NCBI GenBank assembly: GCA_038087875.1
Contig: CM075995.1
Coordinates: 6,140,001 to 6,204,000, forward strand
Direction of reading: 5' to 3'
Length of the DNA stretch: 64,000 nucleotides
DNA from: Malacoraja senta
Taxonomy: Eukaryota
Shown here: in pieces, positions 39,567-51,483 of the stretch
Numbering within the stretch: position 1 is the stretch's first letter
How the letters are laid out: each line of letters begins with the position of its first letter
Notes under the pieces: model-generated
Databases searched by the model: none
The model's input: the letters and a program-made list of their open reading frames with translations, nothing else
Told to the model about the DNA's origin: nothing
Translations under genes and position numbers: made by a program

Positions 39567-40869
39567 CTATGTTCAGAATAACGAAAGAAAATATTTTAGT
39601 GCATTTCAAAACTTTGGCAGAGGGAGCTAGAAAAATGGTGTATTAAAGACTTCTTGAACATGAATTTGACATAACGACATAATTTGAAGTAGCTTTCTTT
39701 ATCCTGGAACTAGTCAATATGTTACAATGGATGTTTTGACTGGGAAATTCATGACAAGTCTATTTGAAAGATATCTCAGGACTTGTGACAACTGAACATT
39801 ATGAAAAATGGCAAAGTACAAAGCAATAATCTAAGCAAACGATTCCAATAATTTTGAAAAAGTTTCATTAGTTGTAGCCAATAATGAGATAATTATATGT
39901 AATCATTATCTGTCCGAAGAAGGCTCCCGACCAAAAACGACACCTATCCATGTTCTCCAGAGATGCTGCCTGAACCGTTGAGTTACTTCAGCAATTTGAG
40001 TTTTTTGATTATCTGTAGCCCTATCAATACATATTCATAATTATTCATACTCAGTGGTTTGTCATTTTGGGCTTTGTCATAACAAATGTCAACTGTAAAT
40101 ATATTAGTCACAAGCCACCATGGTAAAATATTTCTTAATTTCTCAAGCCTCACATACATTAAATCCAACTATGGATCTCTCCAACAATATTTGGGTTATT
40201 TTTCTCCTTTCAAGTGGAATTTTAATCATTACTGTGAAAGGCTACTTAGAACAGGATTTGGAATAATTAGAGTCATAGAGAGCACTTTAGCCCACTGAGT
40301 CAGTGCGACCATCAACTACCCACTTATATTAATCTTACATGAATCCCAATTTTTTTTATTTTCATCAATTCCTCCCACTTTCTACTACTCACCCACACAC
40401 AAGTAAAAAAATAGTGGCCAATTAACAAACAACCTGCACCTCATAGGAATGTCAAGTCAAGTCACATTATTTATATAGCACAATTAAAAAACAACTCTCG
40501 TTGGCCAAAGTGCTTAACATTTGTTATAAGAATGAAAGGGGAAATCCAAAGTATCCCATTTCATTCCCCGCCACCAACAGTTTTGTCAATTTGCCTGATG
40601 CATTGAGAAGGCAACATCAGACGTTGGCTAGGAGAAGCTGGAAGCAAATAAAACATTAAAAGGGAACTTGGAACACGTGACAATAAACTAAACTGAAACT
40701 GAACTGAACTAACTAGATTAAGGGGGACCTGAAGAATCAGGATTTCAAGTTAGGAAATGAACACACTTTCATTTAACAAATGAAAATTAGACAAGGATAA
40801 AGTGAAATCCAACAGCACAAGACTACTAAATGACAACAAATGTGGTTATTTTATTCAAGAGGAGCAGCA

Positions 40870-41960
40870 GAGATAAATCATATAATTTACAGACTGGTGA
40901 ATCTAATGTAAGTGGTAGAGAAGTTATTGGCAAAAATTCTGACGGATGGTATTAATATATACATGGACAGGTCGAGGTTGATCAGGCATAGTCGGCATGA
41001 CTTTGTTCGTAAGAAATCCTGTCAGACTAATGTTTTCAAGAAGCATCAAAAATATATTGATTAGGGTAAGAGAGAGTTAGATAGAGCTCTAGGGGCTAGT
41101 GGAGTCAAGGGATATGGGGAGAAGGGTTATTGATAGGGGACGATCAGCCATGATCACAATGAAGGGCTGAATGGCCTCCTCCTGCACCTATTTTCTATGT
41201 TTCTATGTAGGGCAGTGAAGTTGATATAGTCGACAGGAACATCATTAAGGCCTTTGACAGGCCCAGTGCAAGAGGTGAAGACCTGGGATCAAAGGCAAGT
41301 TAGAAAATTGTATTCAAAGTTACATTGGTAAGAGTAAACAGAAGGTGTTGGTGGATGGTTGTTTTTGAGAATGGAAGCTTGTGGCCAGCAATAAACTACA
41401 GTCTGAAGAAGGGTCTTGACCCGAAATGCCACACATTCCTTTTCTCCAGAAATGCTGCCTGTCCCGTTGAGTTACTCCAGCTCTTCGGTTTATACCAGCA
41501 TCTGCAGTTACTTCTTACACAGTAATTGGCACTGCAGCCTTGCTGTTTGTTATATTAACGATTTAGTTGAAAATCCAGGAGGTATGATTAGCAAGTTTGC
41601 ACAAAATGCAAACAATTGGTGGTGGTGTTGATAGTGGGAAGAATAGCCTTAGGTTGCAAACAATATCACTGAAAGCAGATGGAATTAATTTCTAATTGTA
41701 AGGTGATTCACTTTGTTAGATCTAATAAGGGTAGCATCATAGGGAGTGTTGATGGAAAAGAGAGAACAGTACATGTCCATAGATCCCTGAACGTGACAGT
41801 ACACGTAGATAGGTGTAGTGAAGGCAGCATTCGGGAGCCTTACCTTCAATTGCTAGGGCATGGAAATATGAAGATGGAGGTCATGGTACAACATGATCAA
41901 ACTTTTTAGTTAGGCCAGAACAGGATTATTTATGTAATTCTGGTCATTGCATTGTCAGTT
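40870..41960 (+). mobile_element. Old degraded CR1, with a younger CR1 3' end (41070-41207) and a Penelope-type repeat (41401-41520) inserted
   Basis: aaggcctttgaca, attagcaagtttgca remnants; (TTTCTATG)n tail at ~41190-41207. Confidence 0.65.
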
Positions 41961-41964
41961 TATG

Positions 41965-42390
41965 TTCATAAATCAGAGGAATAGGCCATTCAGCTCATCG
42001 AGTCTACTCCGCCATTCAATCATCGCTGATTTATCTTTCTCTCTCAACCCCATTCTCTTGTCTTCTCCCCATAACCTTTGACACCCTTATTAATCAAGAA
42101 TATGTCAATCTTCCCTTTAAATTAATCCAAAGTCTTGGCCTCCACAGCCATCTTGTGGCGATGAATTCCAGACTCACTACCCTCTGACTAAAGAAATTCT
42201 TCCTCATCTCCTTTCTAATGGTACATCCTTCTATTCTGAGGCTCTGCCCTCTGATCCTACTCTCCCACTAGTGGAAACATCCTCTCCACATACAGGCCTG
42301 TCACTATTCAATGAGGTGTCCCCCCCCCACCTCTCCCACATCCTTCTAAACTCCAGCGAATACAGGCCCAGTGCTGTCAAACGCTCATAC
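41965..42390 (-). mobile_element. CR1 3' fragment
   Basis: YERLTALGLYSLEFRRM followed by a CR1 3' UTR. Confidence 0.8.
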
Positions 42391-43207
42391 ATTAGAAGGA
42401 TAGGAATGCACCGGAGAGAGTACAGAGAAGATTGACCTAGGATAGAATGTTCCACATGTGGAGAGTCTTGATAGGCACTTATTTTCCCTTTGGAGCAGAG
42501 GAAGCTGAGGGGGAGGGGGAGGGGGAGGGGGGGGGGGAGTTGTTCAAGGAAGGACATCTCCCCAATCTCACCCAGGCTGGCATATATATGATTCCGCCAA
42601 AACATGTGACATCATTGTCAGAGGCAACTAGAAATCGACAAAGAATGCTGACTTTGCCAGCAATGTCTTTATTTCACAATGAATGAGTAAAAAAGAAATT
42701 ATCACAACTGATATTAATCAAAACCTATCCAGCCTTGTTTTTATCTGCCCCCAAACTGCTGTGTAAATCCCTTCGTTTTGAAAGGAGGTTCAGTTTAACA
42801 TCACAATCATAATTCAAATTCTGGACAAAAATGCATGTCTTCGCAAAATTATTGTTCTCTCAATAGATCATTAACAGCAAGAGAATATCAAGTTGGAGAC
42901 ACAAGAGACTGCGCATACTGGAATCTTGAGCAAAAAATAAAATGCTTGAGGAACTTATGGGAAGGGAAGTGAACAGATAACATTTGGGTCGTGAGAGTCT
43001 GCCGGTCCATTTCCCTCTGAGAATATTAAGATGTTCTTCTCTATTGGGAAATCTTTTTATTGGAAGCAAAGTTTATTGGAAACCTGTTGCTTCATTTAAA
43101 TCAATGTTCTTTTATGGATGAGGCGACACAAATCTCTACAAACTTCCTTCCACAATAACGTTGCAATCAAAACCCTGCTTTAAAGGCTCCGAGGGCAAAT
43201 ATAAAAG

Positions 43208-43520
43208 TTTAGTTTAGTTTTGCTTAGATACAGTGTGGAAACAGGCCCTTTTACCACCGAGTCTGCGCCGACCAACGCTCCCCGCACACTAATGCTATCC
43301 TACACACACTAGGGACAATTTACCATTTTACCAAAAGCAATTAACCTACAAACCTGTATGTCTTTGGAGTGTGGGAGGAAACCAGAGCACCCGGAGAAAA
43401 CCGACACAAGTCACGGGGAGAACGTACAAACTCCGAACAGAAAGCACCCATGGTCAGGATTGAACCCAGGTCTCTGGCAGTGTAAAGCAGCAACGCTACC
43501 GCTGTGCCACCATGCCGCCC
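43208..43520 (-). mobile_element. Full-length tRNA-derived SINE
   Basis: Box A TGGCACAGCGG and box B GGTTCAATCC; 3' tail (ACTAA)n. Confidence 0.88.
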
Positions 43521-44029
43521 CATTGTACCATACTCCAGCTAGAACATTGGACATAAATGAGTAAACCTAATATTTTGCATTTTTAAATAAAAAAATACAT
43601 TGAAACATATTTCCACTGTTATCTAAGATTAAAATAATGTGTGCTTTCCAATAATCCAAGTAACGCTATTTTATTCAATATATTGAAAATAATTAACTGA
43701 TGTCAAAAAAAAATTGAATATTTTGTTGTTATTGAATTGATATATTGTAATAATCTGAAACAGAATTGCAACAAATGCTATTTTGAATGTTGATGTTGAT
43801 ATATTTCTTAATTAACAACAGCTTTTAAGTCACTTTTTAAAACTGTTTTCTCTGACGCAATTTTTAATCTATCCTAACACACTTCCTCCAATTTTATGAG
43901 CTCTTAATTTATGCACCAGCCTCTGATGTGTCAAATGCCTTTGGAAATATAAATGCATCTGCAAGTTCCTCTCTATCAACTCTCCCTGTTCCATCCTCAA
44001 AGAATTTGAACAAATTTCTCAAAAACCAT

Positions 44030-44274
44030 TGACACAAAATGCTGGAGTAACTCAGCGGGACAGGCTGCATCTCTGGAGAGAAGTAATGGGTGACATTTTG
44101 GGTAGAGACCCTTTTCCAGACAGAGTCAGGGGAGAGGGAATCTAGAGATATGGAAGGCTAAGGTGTGAAAACGACAGATCAAAGCAGACGATAATCAAGT
44201 TACTGAGTTACTTCAACATTTTGTCTGTATCTTCGGAATAAACCAGCATCTGCCGTTCCTTCCTACACATTTTG
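44030..44274. mobile_element. Penelope-type repeat insertion with inverted halves
   Basis: Direct repeat TCAAAAACCAT at 44019-44029 and 44275-44285. Confidence 0.7.
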
Positions 44275-44599
44275 TCAAAAACCATGTTGACGACTTAATT
44301 ATATTCAGTTCTCTTACATGATTTGCTATTTCCTCTTTATTGACGAACTTCTTGCCATAAATAGTCCCTTGTCTTCTTCCTTTCTCCATTTTGTGCAAGG
44401 AATTTACATTGGCAGTTTAGCAAGTTATGAAAAATCATGTCCTGGCAGCATGTCCACAGAAAAACACAAAATGGAGTAACTCAGTGGGTCAGGCAACATC
44501 TCCAGAGAACATGGATAGGTGAAATTTTGGGTTGGGACTCTTCTTCAGACGAATTAAAGGGGGGTGGGGGGGTCAGGGAAATAAAGTGTTTCCATCTTT

Positions 44600-45940
44600 A
44601 TGTTCACCTTTAGCCTCCCCAACAACAACCCATCTACATTTATATCTAAGTATCTAAATATATATCATAGATCCAGCCAGAATAACGCACTTCAACACAA
44701 TCCTCTGAGTAAGCTAGTTCTGAATACATACAACCAAGTCACAGTGAATCCCACGTATCTTAATCTTCTGGATCAGCCTAACACTGAGGATTAGTCCTCG
44801 ACCCAACACATTGATGCAATCTTAAAGAAAGCCCATCAATTTCCTTATAAGATTGAGGTTTGATATGTCAACAAACATTCTCTTGAAACTGTACAGGTGT
44901 ACAGTACAGAACATATTGACTGGTTGCATCACAGCCTGGTTCAGCAACTTGAACCTCCAGGAACGAAGAAGATTGCAATAAATGGCCAGTCCATCGTGGG
45001 TACTGACCTCCCCACCATTGAAGAGTTTGATATGAGTCACTGCCTCAAAAAGGTAGCCAGCATCTTCCTGGCCAAACTCTCATTTCATTCCTGTATCAGG
45101 AAGAAATAATAGAAGCCTGAAAACTAAAGCCCAAATTCAGGAGGAACTTCTTCCCCACAAACATCAGGCTATTAAACACTACAACCTCCAAGTAAGCTCC
45201 GAATTACATAGACATGGGGGCATTATTTTTGTTTGTACTATTATTGTTTTTTTAATATATAGGCACATGGCCCTGGTGAGACCACACCTGGAGTGTTGTG
45301 TGCAGGTTTGGTTTCCTAATTAGAGGAAGGACATCCTTGCTATTGCCCGGGATGGCGGGACTGTCATATGAGGAAAGATTGGAAAGACTGGGCTTGTATT
45401 CATTGGAATTTAGAAGGATGAGAGGGTATCTTATAGAAACATATGAAATTATCAAAGGACTGGACAAGCTAGGTGCAGGAAAAATGTTCCCAATATTGGG
45501 GGAGTCCAGAACCAGCAGCCACAGTCCAAGAATAAAGGGGAGGCCATTTTAAACTGAGATGAGAAAAAACGTTTTCACCCAGAGAGTTGTGAATTTGTGG
45601 AATTCTCTGCCACAGAAGGCAGTGGAGGCCAATTCACTGGATGAATTTAACAGAGAGTTAGATAGAGCTCTTGGGGCCAGTGGTATAAACGGATATGGGG
45701 AGAAGGCAGGCACGAGTTACTGATTGCCGATGATCACAATGAATGGTGGTGCTGGCTCGCAAGGCCAAATGGCCTCATCCTGCACCTATTTTCTATGTTT
45801 CTATATATGTACTGAACTTTTTTTGTTATTTATTATGGTGTTTACAGAATACTATGTTTACATATCTGATGTGCTGCTGCAAGTAAGAATTTCAATGTTC
45901 TATTTCATGGATATTGCAATAAAAGACTATTGATTGACTC
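44600..45940 (+). mobile_element. Degraded non-LTR 3' remnant (Rex/Babar- or L2-like) interrupted by CR1
   Basis: acatattgactggttgcatcacagcctgg and ggaacttcttccc remnants; 3' AATAAA with short repeat tail. Confidence 0.5.
45262..45803 (+). mobile_element. CR1 3' fragment
   Basis: PGMAGLSYEERLERLGLYSLEFRR; (TTTCTATG)n tail. Confidence 0.88.
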
Positions 45941-48563
45941 TTTATCAAAAAGTCAATCCAGTTACTAAGATAACCTACCCCGTACGAAGTCACATTGACT
46001 GTTCCTAACTCGCCCATACACTTCCAAATGAAATTTTAATTTGAGATCCTGGTTAAGGACCTTTGGAGCTCATCCCCAAAATGCATTTTGTAATTCTATT
46101 TTATCGTTCTCTCCATTGTAAAGTATTTGTAACGACAAGATCCTTTAATAATACTTGCTTATCAAATCTAAAATTGTCCATTCCCTGTTCGAAGTGTAAT
46201 TTAAGACGAGTCATATTTCATGAATGAAAACAAATCTACAATATAAAGGTCATATTAATAAGTTTAATTAAATTATTGTTTCCAAGACTAGATTTTTTTC
46301 TTTAAAAATGTATTGCATAAAGAAACTTATGAAACGTCATGTACTCATTCAAAGTAATAACTAAACGATTTATATTATTGAATTAACATTCAATAAAAGC
46401 CTTGCCCTAAAGTAGTATCTTGGATCACTCTGCAATATAAGGAAGGCAGCAACCAAATACATATCAAGGCCCAGATGAACATGCAAAATTCTTAAACAAG
46501 AATCTGCTGCAGCCAGTACTAACTTTACTGAGCAAACTTGTTAAATTTTGATGATCAAAAGGAAGTGCAAAGACCATATCTACCTTTCAAGTACAATTCT
46601 CCAAATTTCAAGGGGCATTAGTGCAATTACTGCAATAAAAAAGGTTCTATTTTGCATAATTTACTGCATAACATATACAAATTTGAGTAATCATTGTCTT
46701 TTGATGTTATTCATCCAATTTTCAGACATATTGAACATAACTCAACAAGTCATCTAGAAAGTATAAAACTTACAAAATACATTTGTGAATAAATCACCAA
46801 TGCGTCAATGCAAATTGTCCACAAAAAATAATATGGATTATTTCAGTTCTTTTTAATTCCCAGTATTTATTATGATAATCTGCATCCATGTATTTCATTG
46901 TTTGGAGGATTCAAGGTTTTGTTTTTCAAAAAACATGCAAGTGGATTGTTTATTTTCAAAAGATTTTGACAGGATACATTTAACTCTGGAATTGCTTAAG
47001 CATAAGATCAGCTTCACGGTGCTTACAGTTGTATTTATTTGTTCAACCACAGACAATGATTGGGAAAAATAAAGAAATTGAGGTATACAAGCTACAAAAG
47101 AGCCAGGAGAAATGATAAATGTATGATAATGCATGATAATAAAAGCACTTCAGTATATAATGAAGAATGCATTAAATTGCAATTACTGCAGATTGCCCAT
47201 AATTTGTGATAATAATATTCCACACCAGTTTAAGATATATTTACATTGCATCACTGTTTCCGGCAAACAGATGCTGCGCCAGCCTCTGGGTATTATTGCT
47301 TTACATTTAATTCACATCCCATTCTGATTTTTATCAATACCTATCATCAGAATTCATACATCTATTGTAGTTAATATTTCTGAATAGACATGCTGGTAAG
47401 AGAATTGCACCTTCAAATAAATTAGTCATGCATTATACCAGTGTACGCTGCAGTTAATGTTAAATGACAACAGGGGATCATTATACAAATCTACAAAGCT
47501 ATCAGGTAAAACTATGTGCAAAAAATAAAACGCTGGAGGAATTCAGTGGGTCAGGCAGTGCTTATGGACTGAAACGGACAGCCCACATTTCAGGTTGGGG
47601 CTGGCCCTTCTTCAGACTGATCAACTGGGAAAACTGAACTGGCACTACAGACTAGAAACCTATATATTCATTTCTTATTCGTTTTTCTTAATCCAAGTTC
47701 TCAGTTAGCTTCAACAATGGGCTTTTGAAACACCCTGATGGAAAATAAATGTGGAAATTGGTACCCAGCATGCTACAATCAATAACATTTAACACTTTAA
47801 ATCTCCATAACCCTTCTGCCATCACTAACTTATCCTGTAATGTTGAATAGTAACAATCTAGCCCCCTTGAATGTTCAGTACTATGATAGTGTTTAGGGGA
47901 TCTCTGGGCCAGGATGTGCTAATATTGTTACCAATTTCATATATACATTTTTAAATATATAAAATAAAATTATATAATAAAATTATACTATAATTATACA
48001 CTATAATTATACTGCAATATAATTAGCTGTATATAGAATGCAATATATAATGCCATTATCTACATTTATAATGATAATTACATCAGCAAACTTGCTCATA
48101 TATAAATCTACTGTTCAACTTGGCACTGTTGCCAGACGTCTAGAATGCCATATTGTTTGTAAATTAAGTGAGTGCTTGTATCAGAACAGGTTGCCTGGAA
48201 ATACACCAAATATTTTGTTGGAGAAAATAATTATCATTTGTAGAGAAAGATTATTAAATTATTTGTTCCAAATTTCTGTAGCCGAAGACAAAGATTGGAT
48301 GAAGATTAATCATAGCAAAAAAATGATTATGTTTGACTTGTAACAGTAATTTTACTTCGGAGTCACGTGAGTGAATATGTGAAGAAGAGCCCGTCCAGCC
48401 GCACACGCGTCATATCGTCAGACGCATAGCATAGCGACCGTGTGTGAGTAAGGAAAGCTCCTCCAAGCGGTGAGTAAGTAAAAGCCTGAAGGTAAGTGCT
48501 TTCACTTTCGCTTTCAGGTCGCCTTCCTCGTTAGACTTGTAGTGGAGTTCCACACAAGTTATC

Positions 48564-51483
48564 ATGGAGAGAGGGCGTAGAGGGAGAAGACGTACCGCAG
48601 GTAAACCTCAAGAAGACCGCGAGTCTGAGGGTAGCGGGCGTCCGTTAGAGCAGTCAGTGGCAGCGAGGCCATCAACTCCCGATACGGTTGAAAGTACCGT
48701 TGCAGCGCCGTTCGGGCGCAAGGCCGGGCAAAAGTCCGTGCGACCAGTGGACTCCGATGAGTCAGACCCGGAGGTTAACCCTCCTCAGTCAGAAGTTATG
48801 GCTGCTAGGGTCGCAAGTTTTGAATTCCTCATGGGGAAAATGATTTATCAAGAACCACATCAGGAGGAATACAGTCCGCATTGGCCTATGGGAGAGACAG
48901 CGCAGGGAGTGCCTTGGATGGGTCAGGCACAGCGTTGGCCTACAGGAGAGCCATCAGAGATGTCTGGAAAAAGAGTATATGTGTTGGCCTACAGGAGAGC
49001 CAGTGCCAGAAATGCCTGAAAAAAGGCAGTATGCGTTGGTCTAAAGGAGTGCCAGCGCCAACAATGTCGGAAGAAAGACAGTATAAGCGTTGGCCTAGAG
49101 GTGAGCCAGCGCCAGCAGCACCTGAAATAGGGCTGCCTATGCGTGGCCTACAGGAGAGCCCACGCGGGGAGAATCTGGTAAAGAATTTATTATGCGAAGG
49201 CCTATGGAAGAGCCAGTGCTAGAATTACCTGAAACAGGGATGCCAGAACTTCCCCATCAGGAGGAGGAACATCAAGATTCAGATGATGAATCATATGAGG
49301 ACCAGAGCCCAATAACAGAGCCTAAAATACCAGGTCTGGCACAAAAGTTTGCTGTTCCCAGAAAAACAGGGGAACCTTTGGGAGATGAATTAGCAATGAC
49401 TATAAATTACTTGCTCTCCCATCAGCTCCAGGAATTAACCATGGATGAGACTGTTAAAAAATATGAAACCTCGCAGAATTGTGCACTGCTAGCAGTCCCA
49501 GCGGTGAATATCGTAATATGAGACAAATTGGGCATTGGATTACACTCACAAGAGTGAAATTACAACAAGTGTTGAAATTACTGGGGTCAGGCATTACGGC
49601 TTTCGCCAGAGGTTTGGATGAGGAGCATGTGTCTGCTTCACAACAGGATGCCTTAGCACTTATGTGTAGTGCGCACTTTGAAATAAACTGTATTCGTAAA
49701 AGTGTCATAAGACCTAATATTTACCCTAAGTTTGCGGGGCTCTGTAAACCATCTAATATTCAATTCCCTAATCTGCTTTTTGGAGAGAATCTAGCAAAAA
49801 GGGTAAAAGACCTGAATGAAGAAGCAAAAAACGTGCGAATGATGAAACCACCGGTGGTTAGCAGATCAATTCGAAGGCAGTATCCCTACCGATGGATGTC
49901 TGGTGCTGGAGAAGGAACAAGTCGAACGTTCCCATATACACGTTATTGCCGCACTGCTCCTGGGATGCGTGGAGGTTACAGTATTCCCACTAAGAATAGG
50001 GGACAACATTTGCCATCGGCAAATCCCGAGGTAGGTGGGTCTGGTTCGGTAAGAAACATATTAAATGTTTTACACTCACAAGTTGGAGGAAGATTACAAT
50101 TCTTCCTAAAATGGCAACAAATAACAACTGATTCGTTTATACTGTGCAGTATTGTGGGATTTAGAATTGAATTCTATCCACATTTGGATCCTCCTACTCA
50201 GCATATTCAATGCCGGACACGTACTTTCTCAAAAGAAGAGAATACGCAGATTCAGGCAGAACTGGAAATATTATGCAAAAAAGGTGTAATAGAGAAGTCA
50301 GTTGAACAACACCATCAGTTTGTGTCAAGTATTTTTCCTGGACCAAAAAAGGATGGTGGGTGTAGAATTATTCTGGATCTGACAAGGCTTAACCCTTTTG
50401 TACAGTATAAACATTTTAAAATGGAGACATTTACAAATGCCATTCAGCTTGTTTCAAGAGAATGCTATATGGCAAGTATAGATCTGCAAGATGCATATTA
50501 TTCTGTGGCGGTGCATGGTAATGATCAGAGATATTTAAAATTTAGATGGATGAGTCAATTATGGCAATTTAAAGCATTGCCTAATGGTTTAACTTCAGCT
50601 CCAAGATTATTTACAAAATGAATCAAACCAATTTTAGCACTACTAAGAGCTGAGGGCCATGTGCTAATGGCTTATTTGGATGATATTCTGATTGTGGGAG
50701 ACACTTTGGCCACATCAAAAGCATCAGTGTCAAGAATTAAGCTCATTTTCGAGAGGCTGGGATTCATCATTCACCCACATAAATCGAAACTATTACCAAG
50801 CACAGAAATTGATTACCTGGGTTTTACCATTAATTCAGAACACATGGTAGTCACTTTGCCAAAAGATAAGAGGCTGCAGTTAATTGAAGGCTCATTACAG
50901 AGCACCAACCCTCAATTAGACAAGTAGCAAGCTTGTTGGGCAAATTAATTGCTGCTTTTCCAGCTGTAAGGTTTGGACCACTGCATTATCAGCATTTGCA
51001 GCGAGCTAAGGTGCACGCATTAAGGATAAATGCAGGGCATTTTGACAGGCCCATACAATTGGCAATTGAGCCTATTATGGAATTAGAATGGTGGATTAAC
51101 AATGTCTCTAATGCTTCCAGACAAATTCTGGTTGAAACACCTTCCATTATTCTACAGACTGATTTAAGTGCTCTAGGTTGGGGCGCTACTAATACTGTTT
51201 CCAGCTGTGGAGGTAGATGGAATGTGGAGGAAGTACCTTTGCTCCAAGATCAAGGTATAAATTACCTAGAGCTTTTAGGAACATTTTATGGGCTTAAAGC
51301 TTATTGTTCTAATATGAAAAATTTGCATGTTCAGGTACAGATTGACAATACTACAGCTGTAGCGTATGTTAATCATATGGGTGGTATTAAGTCAGAATCT
51401 TATGATAGATTGGCAAATGTGATCTGGACCTGGTGTATTACCAGAAAGATTTGGCTTTTGGCAATCTACCTACCAGGTAGATT
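48564..51483 (+). pseudogene. DIRS A gag-RT-RNase H
   Basis: Gag runs in frame into RT (49479..50621). Motifs IDLQDAYY, YLDDILI, INYLEL and IDNTTAVAYVN. Confidence 0.9.

Noticed and set aside
43440..43520. tRNA gene
   Set aside because: A and B boxes belong to a SINE head; no complete cloverleaf, and the SINE body and tail follow.
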